A DNA stretch of 64,000 nt from Marsupella aquatica. Lineage: Eukaryota; Plantae; Marchantiophyta. The position numbers and the translations under genes were made by a program. The stretch is from the NCBI GenBank assembly GCA_973895155.1, contig OZ316897.1, positions 10,377,832-10,441,831 on the forward strand. The letters are read 5' to 3'. The notes beneath the pieces are model-generated. The model had not been told where the DNA came from. It worked only from the letters and a program-made list of their open reading frames with translations, and made no database searches. Shown here piece after piece: positions 53,001-64,000 of this stretch (positions are counted from its first letter, which is position 1; each line of letters begins with the position of its first letter).

Positions 53001-54523
53001 AAAGGACAATGAAAGGAAAGAGAAGAGTTCCAAAGAGAACAAACACCTAACCAGAAAAAAGAAAAAGAAATTATGTAAACCTAAAAAAAAGGACGCATAA
53101 AAAGAGAAAAGTGTCAAACACTACATGAGTGTTTTGCACACAAATAACTAAAAATGAATTCAAGTACCATTATTGGATATCACTGTAGCTCCCCCTTCTC
53201 CTATCCTAATAGTTTAAGCAGCCATATAATTTGTGTAAGTGAGAAATTAGTGTTACCAACAATAAGAGGGGAATAGAGCTTATCAACACTAATTCATGCA
53301 TGTAGGGTGAGGATTAACAGATGTAAGGAACCTGGGGCACCCACCTTACATCTGTTGGGCAGCTTAAGTTTTAAATGCATATAAACCCTCTGTTTAGAAA
53401 CACTAATTCATGAGTTTAACCCAAAAGTCGCTTCACCACAACTAGTGTAACACTAATTGTCCTGAACACTTTCCTAGTCTACTTGCCACGGTAAAAGTTC
53501 CATATCATTGGGTGGAGGCAAGCTCCAAGAAAGAAAGGCTGGCAGGGTTGGAAAATTTCTGCATCAATCATACTTCCCTGAAAATCACTTGATTGTGAGA
53601 ACCATGAATGTTGAAATTGTCTTCATCATTTGGTAGGTGGAAAGTGATGACAGCGAAAATATTTTAAGGGTGGAATCGTCCAACTTAGAATTTCCAGAAA
53701 GGGACAACAACTTCTCCTGTCCCTTCTATTGGGTTCCTTTTTGAGGCTGACTTTCTCTCCTCTGAGTTGTGTTTTTTCCCCACGGGCCTTGTCTTCATTT
53801 CAGTTTTGGAATAATATGGGGTCCCACAATTGCAAATGTTGAGGGACAATCCTCATCACTCTGCCCCTTGGTAAACCACTGTTACTCCGTTGCTAGCTAC
53901 TGTAGTACTTTTCCTAACTACCGTGGCCTACCCAGGGAGTCTAGGCAAGTCTTAGGTTCAAGCCCCCACCCTCTCTCACTCTATATGGGCGAGGGACTGA
54001 GTGTCTAGGTTGGGCCAAGTGTCATAGAAAACTTAGTACAGGTAAAAAATCACATGTCATAAAAAAACAAAAATAACCTTCACTTAGAGAATGGGGTAAG
54101 ACAATGGAGTGATCACTCGTATTAAAACCAAGAAATTAGTAACCCAAAATTCTTGTACCAGGAGAGATTGACTCATGAAACTTTGACTAATGTTGTGGGG
54201 CAGTGTTGTCTCCTTCCACCCTTGCTTCTACCCCCACATAACTACTGAGGACTTCCGCAAGCCCTTCTGGTAGTTTAGCCTTTATTGCAAATCGAGTAGT
54301 TCAACTGAGATACAACACTCAACTCACGCTGGATCCCATGGTAAATAACAGTCAACTCACCCAATTTGGCCACATTGAGAGCCACTGTTTAAAGAGAAAA
54401 AGGTTTGAGAGACACAATTTCAAAGTCAAAGCCCACATGGACCTCCACATTTGCAATCAGGATGGACTTTTGCATTCCAGATGGATAGCAGCAAAATCAT
54501 CTTTTCTGCTGATGTACTAAAAT

Positions 54524-54691
54524 CAACTTTTAAGATTTACAAAAATATCACCGTTTTTGTATATAGTTCCCCTAGTTAGCTTCGTAAACTTGTCATCCGT
54601 ATACGAAATCGTGGCATTTTTATAAATACATAAAAACCAGTGACCATTTTGTGAATTAAAACATCTTTAGTGGCAAAGTAATTAAAAACTG
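54524..54691. mobile_element. MITE copy 4 (internally deleted, 168 bp)
   Basis: Homologous to copy 1; perfect 10-bp TSD GTACTAAAAT at 54514-54523 and 54692-54701. Confidence 0.85.
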
Positions 54692-55133
54692 GTACTAAAA
54701 TATGGCAAGATAATGAGACCTGTAGTCATCTTTGGAACTATGTTTTCTCATTCTCAACATTTGATCATATTAGTGTCATTGAGATCATTTTCGGAGGAGC
54801 TTCCAAGGAACAAATAAAATGTCAGAACTGGCTATTGATTGAGACACTAATATCTCAAAGTTTGATGCTACAAACATTTCGAAGCGCAAATTATGGACAG
54901 TGAGTAATGGAGTAACCTTTAAAAGTTCATGACTCTCCAGCATCTTCCGATAAAGATACAGACTAGTTGGAAAGATCTTTCCAGGCCACTTCTCAAGAGC
55001 CCAATAAGAGCCTATTCTCCTTGATATCAAGGCCAATAATTATTGATATTCTAACTTTGCAATTGAAAACTTTTTGAAAATGAGGGTGTCAACATGTAAA
55101 TGTAGAAGGTGAAACTTAAAAAAGTGTGGCGAG

Positions 55134-56125
55134 TTAAGCCCAGAAATGAGTAACCGTGGAAACTCTCTTGAGGTTTGTTGAATTACAAAAACTCAGGCTG
55201 GGTTTACCAAGGCTTCGTTTGGATATGCTTTTGGCTGGGAGCATGTGGTAGGGAGCACCATCTGTGTTTATACAAGGCATGCCACAATCAGCAGCATCAT
55301 AGTAGAATACACCATAGCCAGCACCCCCTGCCCTTGCCTCAGGACATAAACTACATATACGATGCTTCACGTTCCAAGGAATCTCATTGCTGTTGAGGTC
55401 CAACACACTATGCGTAAACTGTGACTTCCAAATTTTTGTTGCACATCTCTTACTAAGTTGATCATAAGTAATTTCATTTTTTACCTTGTCTCTCTTTATG
55501 TGCAATAGAGACCACAGTGGAGAGTTAAGAAGAAGATAACATCTAATGTCACTTGCATGGGATAGTTTCTCAAGACAAGGCCAAAGAATTGTTAGAAGAA
55601 AATTATCTCCACCATTGGCATGCGTGTAGGGCACTGGAAATAGTCCGGTCATGCTTGGGTTGGCAAATGCCTTAAGGGGGGAGTCATCCACAAGGAGGGT
55701 GTTGGTTTCATCATATAGATTTCCAAATCCACTCCATACCACCCGAAAATCCTTCAGTAGCACATTTGCCTTTCCGTTTGTAATGTCACGCCTTTGAATG
55801 CCTGTGTCAAAGGCTTCCACTTGTGTGAATACAAACTTAAGTTTCAACCGCTCCTCAGCAGTGAACATCATGTTCAGCATTTTCACTGTTCGATGTACCC
55901 CAGCACATGTCCAAATTGCAACGTCAAATCGGTCAAAAACCAACTTTAGAAACTCATGGAGCCCTGGCCTTTCTATGTACATGCGACTAATTCCATTTTT
56001 TCTATCCCAATGCACTCCACTTGGGATCACAACATTTCTGGATTTGCCCTTGCTTTGGAATTCAACTGAATCCCAAAGTATTGTGTTAAGATCCAAAATC
56101 AGCAATTTGTGCTTGATGGAACAAG
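55134..56125 (-). CDS. FCP1/NIF-like HAD phosphatase domain ORF (no own ATG; probably a downstream exon of the transposon-like cassette)
   Basis: KLLILDLNTIL (DLN variant of DxDxT), YIERPGLHEFLKLVFDRFDVAIWTCA, LLKDF..VW, YDETNTLLVDDSPLKAFANP. Confidence 0.82.
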
Positions 56126-58814
56126 GTCTTGGTTATGCAAGTGCAACAAATACCAATCTTAGAGATAAAACCACATTTGAAGTTTGGATAGAGATCATCT
56201 CTATCAATCCAACACAAGCGGCCAACCACAAAGAAAATATATCTGCATACTGATCAGATTCATTGAGAAACCGTAAAGAGGAGATGGATATTGATACTGA
56301 TGCTCTAATTGTTAAACTTGAAGTATAATTATACAGACTATATTATATCAAATTGATAAGGTCACATTGCTCAATCTAGACCTTGGCTAACAATGCGATC
56401 CATATTCATCAATCAAGATATCATCACCGAGTTCTTGTTGGATCTCATAATTGACATCGGAGGTACTCTCCTCTACCCAATAAGGTGCAGACCAAACCGG
56501 AGTTATCAATCCCAATTCTCCACTTCTATAAGTTGGATCTTTCTTGTGCTTTTTGTACGAGTCATTGTTCAAAATTGATTGAGCAGCATCCAACGCAACT
56601 TCAGTTCCTACATCGGGTCCACTTTTCCACACGTAACATTGACAATCATATTCAAGTGACTTATATCCAGTTGATCCTACTCTCTTCCCTTTCTTTTTTG
56701 AGAGTGGAAGGATAACGGGACTTCTTGATTGTGATCGAACAAACACCAATTTGTCATCAGAAGCGGAAAAGAGTGTATTGGGACAAATTGAAGCACCTGC
56801 CCGGTTGTCAGCAGTCGTGGATGCACTTGCTTCATTCACAAGAATGTCAGCTATTTGGATGGGCTGTGGTCTCAATCCCAATGTGTCGAGTTCATTGGAC
56901 TCACCATGCCTCTCCGCACCTTGATTGAGAAGGTTGTTTGAAGAAAGTTTTTCAAAAGTATCAACTTCCATCTCTTGTCCAGGCCATCTCTATCCAAGTT
57001 ATCATCATATTGGCCCTCGTTGGGGCCCATGGGGGCAGCATCTGTAATTGGTGAACTACAAGGTGCAGATCCAACAATCATATCGTCGTCCACAAGGTCA
57101 ATATTTTCACCCTCGCCAACTCGGTCATCCAAATTCTTCACGTATGCCTCTGATGGCCCATCGTCTTTGACTGATTGGTCAGCTCCATCTTCTTGATCAC
57201 CATCTAATTCATCCTCAATAGCAACAGCGGCAGAAGAGGGTTCCCAATGTCTAGAACTTCCACCGACATAGCGATCATAACGATCTTTGATGGTGGGAAC
57301 CTTCTCACAAAGGAACGAAGCGTATGCTTCCACAAAATGTCTCTCATGTTGAGAGTCACAATAAACAAAACATTCACGTTGAGAAAAAAGGGATGCCTTC
57401 ATCACTTGACCGCCAGAGAAAACGTCAAGAATCAAATCCCCCGGCTCGAACAGTGTTTGGATGATCTTTTGGATCATCCGTGTGGGTTTGGCGTGAGGAT
57501 TCACCCACCCACCCCGAGCGCCGACAGTCTCAAATCGAGGTGCCATGTGCAGAAGGATTGCCGCCTCTTCTGGGGTCATCATATTTTTTAGATCTTCATG
57601 CAATGACTCCTCCTCCGCGTCCTTGGCCTTTCCCTTTCCCTTGACCTTCTCAACCATGAAATCAGTATCCTTTTCACCGTACACCCATTTTGGCTTCATT
57701 TGGTTGGGCTTGAACACTTCATCCCAGCTGACTTTCTCCTCACGAGAAATTCCGGCAAAGATAACCTCTTCTATTCCTCCCTTCCAACATGAGTCCTGAG
57801 GGTGAGGTTGATCATCTCGGTAATAACTCCCATACTCAATGTGAATACTCAGAGTTTTTGAATGTCCTAATTTACGAAGAGCGCTTAGGACATTCAGTAC
57901 AAGATAACCCGGATGGACAGTTATCATCACAACAATGGTAGGATTCCGTGGTAGCTCTACTATATATTGGAAGAGGACCAAAATCTCTACTTCAGTCCAC
58001 TCTTTTTGCTGAAGTCGGCTGAAATCAACAATTGCAAGAGGGCATGTTGGAGATTGTTCTTCCAACGACTCCGGATCCACAATCTTCATTAGGTTGTTAC
58101 TAAAAAATGTGACCCACGGCTGGGTCCGAGAACTTGTCCCACCGCCAAACTTTTGACAGTAAATATCATCTAGACGCATCACCAATGTCATTGGCAATAT
58201 CTCACTCTCCTTTGTATGATTCGACTTCAACAAATTTGTCAACCATACATCGCCAGCTGCTCTTTGGCACCTGTTCAACTCCGAATCGGGACCCAATAAT
58301 GGGAGGACTTCAATCACTTTAGCCCAATCAGTATCTGCTGGGAAGTGTTTTGGATCCTTCTTGAAGTAGTAATCTCCAATAAGAGACTTCAATTTGATCA
58401 ATATCTTCACCTCCTTTGCAAACTCCTCCATCGCTGGAACATCTGACTTATTAGTCGGATCTTTCTTCAATGAAATCTGACCCGACTTCACCTTGTTCAA
58501 AATTCTGGTCAAATCTCTATTTGAGATTTCACCATCAAAACAACGAAACATGGCGACGGTTATCGCCTTTTCGGACCTTTTGTTTCCCTGTGTACCAGCC
58601 CCATCAGGAAGTTTTCCATCAATCCACATCTGGCACACTAACCGCCATAACTCGAAAAGATCATTCTCGGCAAAAAGTAACCAGTATACATTTTTCAAGT
58701 CTTTTCTCCCCATGGTCATCCTTGCCAATGCCAGATAATCCTACAGTCAAAAATTAGGGAGAATTTTGTAAGTTATCTACAATCAATGAGATTTGACAAC
58801 ACACAATCGCTTGC

Positions 58815-59073
58815 TTGGACAGAGACCATCTTCGTCCAAGCCATAACCAAAAGTAGAATGAAGTAAAATCTACAGAATGGAAGGTCTCACTCTTGGACAG
58901 AGACCATCTCCGTCCAAGCCATAACCAAAAGTAGAATGAAGTAAAATATACAGAATGGAAGGTCTCACTCTTGGACAGAGACCATCTCCATCCAAGTCAT
59001 AACCAAAAACATATTGAACTAAAATCAATGTAACGGACGGTCGCACTCTTGGACAGAGACCATCTCTGTCCAA
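58815..59073. repeat. 78-bp tandem repeat x3.3, each unit starting with the palindrome TTGGACAGAGACCATCTCYRTCCAA; lies in intron 2
   Basis: Unit starts at 58815, 58893, 58971 and 59049. Confidence 0.9.
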
Positions 59074-60771
59074 ACAAGAAAAATGTTTCTCACCTAAAAT
59101 TTTTGACTCTCTTGGGCGTTTGATTTGTTGTCCCCGTGCTTTGGCTTTCTTGGTCTTCCAGTTTCAAGGAATAGTTTTCTTGCATGAACAATTGTATCTT
59201 TGAAGCACGATTGAAACACCATCGAAGAATTGATGGCATTTGATCTCATTGAGTGCTCAACCAGTATAGCCGATGGCGTAAGGTCTGACAATAATCTAGC
59301 CTTCCTATATTTTAACTTTTTTGCCAAAACTGTGAGCTTGGCATCAGTTTCAGCCCACTCAAGAACCCATTTGGCCGCCCTAGCAGAATGTTGCCCACTG
59401 ACGGCAAGGAAAACAATCTCGCCTTTCTTCACTCCTGCAAGAAGGTCTTTGCGATCGTTCTCCGTGCTGTCAAAATGAAGCAGCTTTCTAAGTTTTGGAT
59501 TGTAAGGAAGAAGGTCCGCAACGTGAGGTTCATGTCCAGGGTTTTTCACCATGGATTCGGCTATGTGCTTCACATGGGCACTGTTGAGCATCCTGTAACA
59601 TAACCTTGCTGGAGCTGGATAAATTTTCTCCACTGGAATAGAAAATATTTCATTTATCCCAAAAGTATAGTACTGCTCTATTCTTTGGAGAACATCATTC
59701 CCTGCTAAGACCTTCTTCTCCTCCGGGGCATCAAGTTTGTCTCCCTCATCCTCTGGGAGCATCTGTACGTCCATCGGAGTTGACCGCGCAATAGTCTTGT
59801 CAGTTTTATGTTTCTTCTTTACTGGCTTCTTCTCGGGTTCCTTCAGTAGTGTCTCAGTTTTCTTGCGCTCCTTCTTCTCTCTTTGTCTTCGCTTCCCTAC
59901 CACTTGTTTGGAGGCTGTCCTGGCCGTTGTTCCTGCAGTCCCGGTTGTTGTCTCCTGAGATATTTTTCTAGGCTTCGGAACTTCTTTGTTAACAACTACT
60001 GGAGGCTTGTTCACCACTACTGGTGCAACATTTGTAGGCTTGTTCACCACTACTGGTGCAACACTTGTAGGCTTGGGTAATGATTCTACCCACTTTTTTG
60101 CATTATCCATTGCAAACTCCTCCGCAAATATAATTTTCTTGTCAAGGAAAACACCTGATTCCGATGATAGGAATCCTGCCTTGTCAAGCAAATTATTTAA
60201 AATCCATGTCACCGGAAATGTATAATTCCCTTGGTGTTTATGCATATTAAGCTTCACATATTGAAACCCATACATGATGTCAAGTGGAAGAATCCCCTTC
60301 ACTCCAAGAGTCACCTTTTGAGTTGAATACGACTTAGGGAAAAAGCCCATTGCCAACACGCCAAGTTCTCCAGCTGCAGACCACTCAACATTGAATTCTG
60401 AAGAATACGCCTTTGATGGTAGATGTAGTTTAACCCATCGTATCCTTTCATGGAGCTCAAGAATGACGGAAACAAACCCTCTTCCTTCAATTCCAATGAA
60501 GACTACAGGTCCGAGTACAAGAGTCTCCTGATCTGCAGTTCTGACCTTTATGCACAAAATGGGATCCCGTCTCGTTGACGTGCTAAGGAAATCAAAATCA
60601 ACTCTGGAGAACTCAAGGCCCCAACGAAAATCTTCTCTGCTCTGCTCCAACAAGACTCCCTCGGAGCAATCTGCGTCTGAAATCTGTGGTTTCAATGCAT
60701 TTAGATAGCTCCCTGCAGTAGTCCCATCCAGGCATATTAGTTTGGAAATCTTACTTTTGTAATTGACAAAA

Positions 60772-61110
60772 ATTGGACAGGGATCATCTCTATCCTCTAT
60801 TTGGACAGCGATGATCTCTGTCCAATTTGTAATAAAGATCATCTCTGTTCGATGAGAGGATACTGACGATCGTTATTATCATCTCTATCCTCTACTTGGA
60901 CAGGGATCATCTCTATCCAATTCCTAATAAAGGTCCTTAGCATCGTCTGATAGGACATCCTCTATCGTCAGTTTGGAAATAAATGATATCTATGCAATTG
61001 GACAGGGATGATCTCCATCCATTTGGATAGAGATCATCTGTCCAATTCCTAATAAAGATGACTATCTTCTATTTGGACTCTACTTGGACAGGGATCATCT
61101 CTGTCCACCA
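60772..61110. repeat. Cluster of about 6-7 palindromes TTGGACAGGGATSATCTCTRTCCAA in intron 1
   Basis: Copies near 60773, 60801, 60896, 60998, 61023 and 61084. Confidence 0.88.
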
Positions 61111-61339
61111 CACAAATATTCAACTTGTTACTGGGATACTCACTTGGATTGAGCGATTGAAAGGCTCTGGAATCCTCGAGGGCCGTCTCCACCACGTCCT
61201 CAATGGATGAGAGGTCTGTCTCCTCTGTTGGCTCACTGACGAGACACACTGGAATAGGTCTGGATGGCTCCATCGTGTGACACGTGGCCTTATGGACACG
61301 TGGAGGATTGCAGAGCGTTAGATCTAGGGCAATTAACGT

Positions 61340-61660
61340 GGCGGCTATGGGGATAAACTTTAGTGCGGAGGCAAAGCGAAGGAGTGCAAAGGCGTCGGAG
61401 CGAAGGAGATTAGAAGCGAATGAGGCGGAGGAGCGAGCAAAGGAGCGCAAGAGCAGGAGTGGAGAAGAGGAGGAGCGGACGGAGGAGGGAGGAGAGCGAG
61501 TGAGGAGGAGGGAGGAGAGCGAGCGAGGAGCAAGGAGGGAATGAAGAATGAGGCCCAAGTGGGACCTCCTGCCTCCTTTACCCCCCCGAGGTGAGGCAAG
61601 GCACACTGAACACGTGGGAGGCCGAGGCGAGTGGAAAACCCTAAATGCACGGCTGCCCTA
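61340..61660. promoter_or_regulatory. Probable bidirectional promoter/5'UTR of the cassette (purine/pyrimidine-skewed tract, telo-box AAACCCTAA at about 61636)
   Basis: GA-rich tract (CT-rich on minus) just upstream of ATG 61273, lying between two divergent ORF sets; function inferred. Confidence 0.4.
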
Positions 61661-62189
61661 AAGTGCACCGCCCGACCTAATCCACTCGCCGTTGCTTAAG
61701 GCTGATCACGCATCGCCTTATCCATAAGGGCGATCTTCAACAACTGGTATAAGATACTTGGGGTTGTCCGGCTAGTCCTCATTTGGTATTTTCATTTCTA
61801 GATTTTTGTTCTGTTCCTCAACCAGGTCCGTTCATTACGGAGCCCCATTGAGACACTCTTGTTTTCCAGACAGAACATCTAGTTTTAATTTCTTCCACAC
61901 CCCTGAAGCATTTAGTTTACCAGGTTACTGATAACTACCCCTTCAACACAGTATTTTAATCCTTGGTTTGACAACATAAACTAAATTGAGTTTTGGGTTC
62001 AAGAATCATTTCCATTACAGGTAACTTTAAACCTAATTATAGAATTGTAGCATATTCCATTGATATCCGCAAATTTAGGAATTACTATATCTAAGTTAAG
62101 GTTGAAGTGAAAAAATCCCAGCCCAACTCACGATTGGGATAATCTCAATCCAACCGTTCTTTGCTCAAACATTAAATTAGTGTGTAGAG

Positions 62190-62840
62190 TCAATTGTCCG
62201 TACAGGGGTCATCCCTGTTTGCTATTTGGATAGGGATGATCCCTATCTGCTGTTTGGATAGGGATGATCCCTGTCCAATATTTGGATAGGGATGATCCCT
62301 GTCCACCGTAGAGTACTGTAGAGGACCATATGAACTATAGCACTTTATTGGATCCTCTACAGTTTGGATCCTCTGGTTGGATAATGATCCGTATTCGCCG
62401 TTTGGATCCTCTGGTTGGATAATGATCCGTATTCGCTGTTTGGATGGGGATGATCCCTGTCCGCCATTTGGATAGGGATGATCCCTGTCCACCGTTTGGA
62501 TAGGGATGGTCCCTGTCCGCCGTTTTGATAGGGATGATCCCTGTCTACCCTTTCAATAGGGATCCGTGTCCACGGTCGTTCTCCGGATGATCCCTGTCCG
62601 CCGTTTGAGGTATTTGCTTGATTGGACCCCAATATGAAAAGTTTCCTTGAATCATCCCTGTCAGTTGTTTGGACAGGGAATAGACCCGATCCACCATTTG
62701 GACAGGGATCAGGTGTGTCCGCCTTTTGGACAATGACAGACACTATCCGCCATTTAGGCAGGGATGATCCTTGTTCGCCGTTTGGACACTGACAGACCCT
62801 ATCCGTCGTTTGGACAGGGATGATCCCTGTCCACCGTCTA
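62190..62840. repeat. Array of about 15 palindromes TTGGAYAGGGATGATCCCTGTCC (about 28-bp period, with two 38-bp variant units)
   Basis: Perfect 11-bp-arm copy TGGACAGGGAT-G-ATCCCTGTCCA at 62811-62833; 28-bp spacing at 62226/62254/62282. Confidence 0.92.
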
Positions 62841-63024
62841 AATTGGGATCAGGGATCTTAGGGCTAGATAGGGACTTTTTGGGGACCTATTATTTTGCTT
62901 GATGGGGATAATCCCGATATGCGCACTGTCCTTGGAGAGGGTTGACACCTATGTGCTTCCTAGTTGGGACCATTCTTAACTAATACTTTACATTTAAAAT
63001 TGTGCAGGTGAATACTTTATAGGA

Positions 63025-64000
63025 ATGACCGGAATATTTTTGAGAGGAGACAATGTGATATTGACAAATGATGGTTACGATGTTGCGAGCGGGACAGTTC
63101 AAAAAGTCAACCCGCAAGATAGTGTTCAAAAGATATTGTTGAGAGAGAATCGAATGGGAGTTCTCATTGAGAAAGTTTTGACCGAACCACAAAACTACCA
63201 TTTCCGATGCCTCGGGCAGAAAACCTTTTTGATGCCATTGATTCTTGCGTTATTTGGGATTTGTCTTGCGCATATCTATCAACGACAATAAATTCTCAAA
63301 AATGCATTAGTGTAGGTAGTTGTTCAAATAGACCCGAGAGTAATTTGGAAAAAAATCCAATTGTAGAGAAGGACTCATCGACCACTCCGAGGCAAGGGGA
63401 TGAGGTTGAAATGTTCATCTTTGGGTGTTGTGTAGCCCTTGGAGTTGTTTTCAATACAAATCCAATGGAAAGATGTCACAACATTTTACTTGGTGAATCA
63501 CGGATCAGTGTGAGGGTCATTGATGTCATTCATGGGAGTAGGGTTTTACCTTACAAACACAGTGGGGCTGAAACAATTGACGAGGCAAAAGACTCATGGG
63601 TTCTTTGGGACGTGGCAGATGTCCGAAGTAGAAAGAGTTTCTCAAAGAAGGATGCGGGTGATGATATCAACATAGAGCGGAGTTTTGTTGTGGAGTCTCC
63701 CTCAGTTGAAATTTCTAAAACTAATTGTGACTATTTCCAACGGTCAAATTGGATGTCAGAGTTGGTCGAACTATACATCGGTTCAGATCGAACCAATAGG
63801 GTTGCCACGGGGACCATCACTGTGCCTCAAGAAACGGCGGCGGTTGACGATGAAATGCTTGGTGAGGACCATGTAGGGATTGCTGTGAAAGATGTGGTGG
63901 AATCACAATACTTTCCCAACTTCCATAGGGGAGTAATTACTTTGGTTCGGTGGCGAATTGATTCAACAAAACTACTTGCAAATGGGAAATTTTTGTCGGA
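63025..64000 (+). pseudogene. Transposon accessory protein with three tandem TNP1/EnSpm-like domains; one frameshift near 63193; runs off window
   Basis: Three repeats: VASGTV..VNP...LLRENRMGVLIEKV..LPFP....LFDAIDSCVIWD; VALGVV..TNP..RCHNILLGESRISVRVIDV....LPY...AETIDEAKDSWVLWD; VATGTI......DEMLGEDHVGIAVKDV...LVRW. Frame is open from about 63195 to 64000 (absent from the ORF track because it has no stop). Confidence 0.65.

Larger units (their letters stand above)
56387..61273 (-). pseudogene. Spliced gene encoding ParB/Srx-like domain plus amino-DNA-methyltransferase-like domain; exons 61273-61144, 60712-59094, 58740-about 56390; TAG at exon 2 end and frameshift near 56975
   Basis: Phase-compatible GT-AG introns (A|GTGAGT..CTAAT..CAG|GG; TAG|GTGAGA..TGTAG|GAT). 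ParB-like FSIPVEKI...RMLNSAHVKHIAESM...FLAVSGQHSARAA at about 59650-59370. MTase-like LAIVDFS (about 58030) and WVNPHAKPTRMIQKIIQTLFEPGDLILDVFSGG..MKASLFSQRECF (about 57510-57370). Confidence 0.7.

Noticed and set aside
57330-58100. Calling the MTase-like domain an active 4mC/6mA methyltransferase or a DN4MT1 ortholog
   Set aside because: The catalytic (D/S/N)PP(Y/F) motif is not present and motif I is shortened; orthology cannot be judged without a phylogeny.
61049-61668. Ser/Leu/Arg-rich ORFs across 61.3-61.6 kb and the DRDDP/DRDHP peptides
   Set aside because: Low-complexity translation of the purine-skewed leader and the palindromic repeats; only 61273-61144 fits a spliced exon.
62190-62840. 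Palindromic repeat array as a CRISPR array
   Set aside because: Spacers are only about 5-7 nt or are themselves repeated, repeats are degenerate, no cas genes are present and the context is eukaryotic.

Overview
Plant nuclear DNA, probably from a bryophyte such as a liverwort (inferred from gene sequences and intron style, not proven). 1-9.6 kb: a Ty3/Gypsy retrotransposon whose integrase ends in a PHD finger, interrupted by a very young complete Ty1/Copia element (1097-7664; 457-bp LTRs that read as identical, GTTAA target duplication, in-frame TGA between gag and pol). 10-50 kb: host genes for a GT29/GALT29A-like glycosyltransferase (-, one apparent frameshift), psaF (+), a TBCC-domain protein (-) and the BEACH-WD40 protein GFS12 (+). 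These are interspersed with a 10-bp-TSD MITE family, a solo LTR related to the Copia element and a decayed microbial-type lipocalin gene. 55-64 kb is the most unusual part: a transposon-like divergent cassette. On the minus strand a spliced gene joins a ParB/Srx-like domain to a beta-class amino-DNA-methyltransferase-like domain, followed by an FCP1-like HAD phosphatase ORF. On the plus strand is a triple TNP1/EnSpm-like domain ORF. A 21-23 bp palindrome (TGGACAGGGATnATCCCTGTCCA) is repeated about 25 or more times, almost all inside predicted introns of the cassette. All domain calls are from motif recognition by eye; no searches were run.
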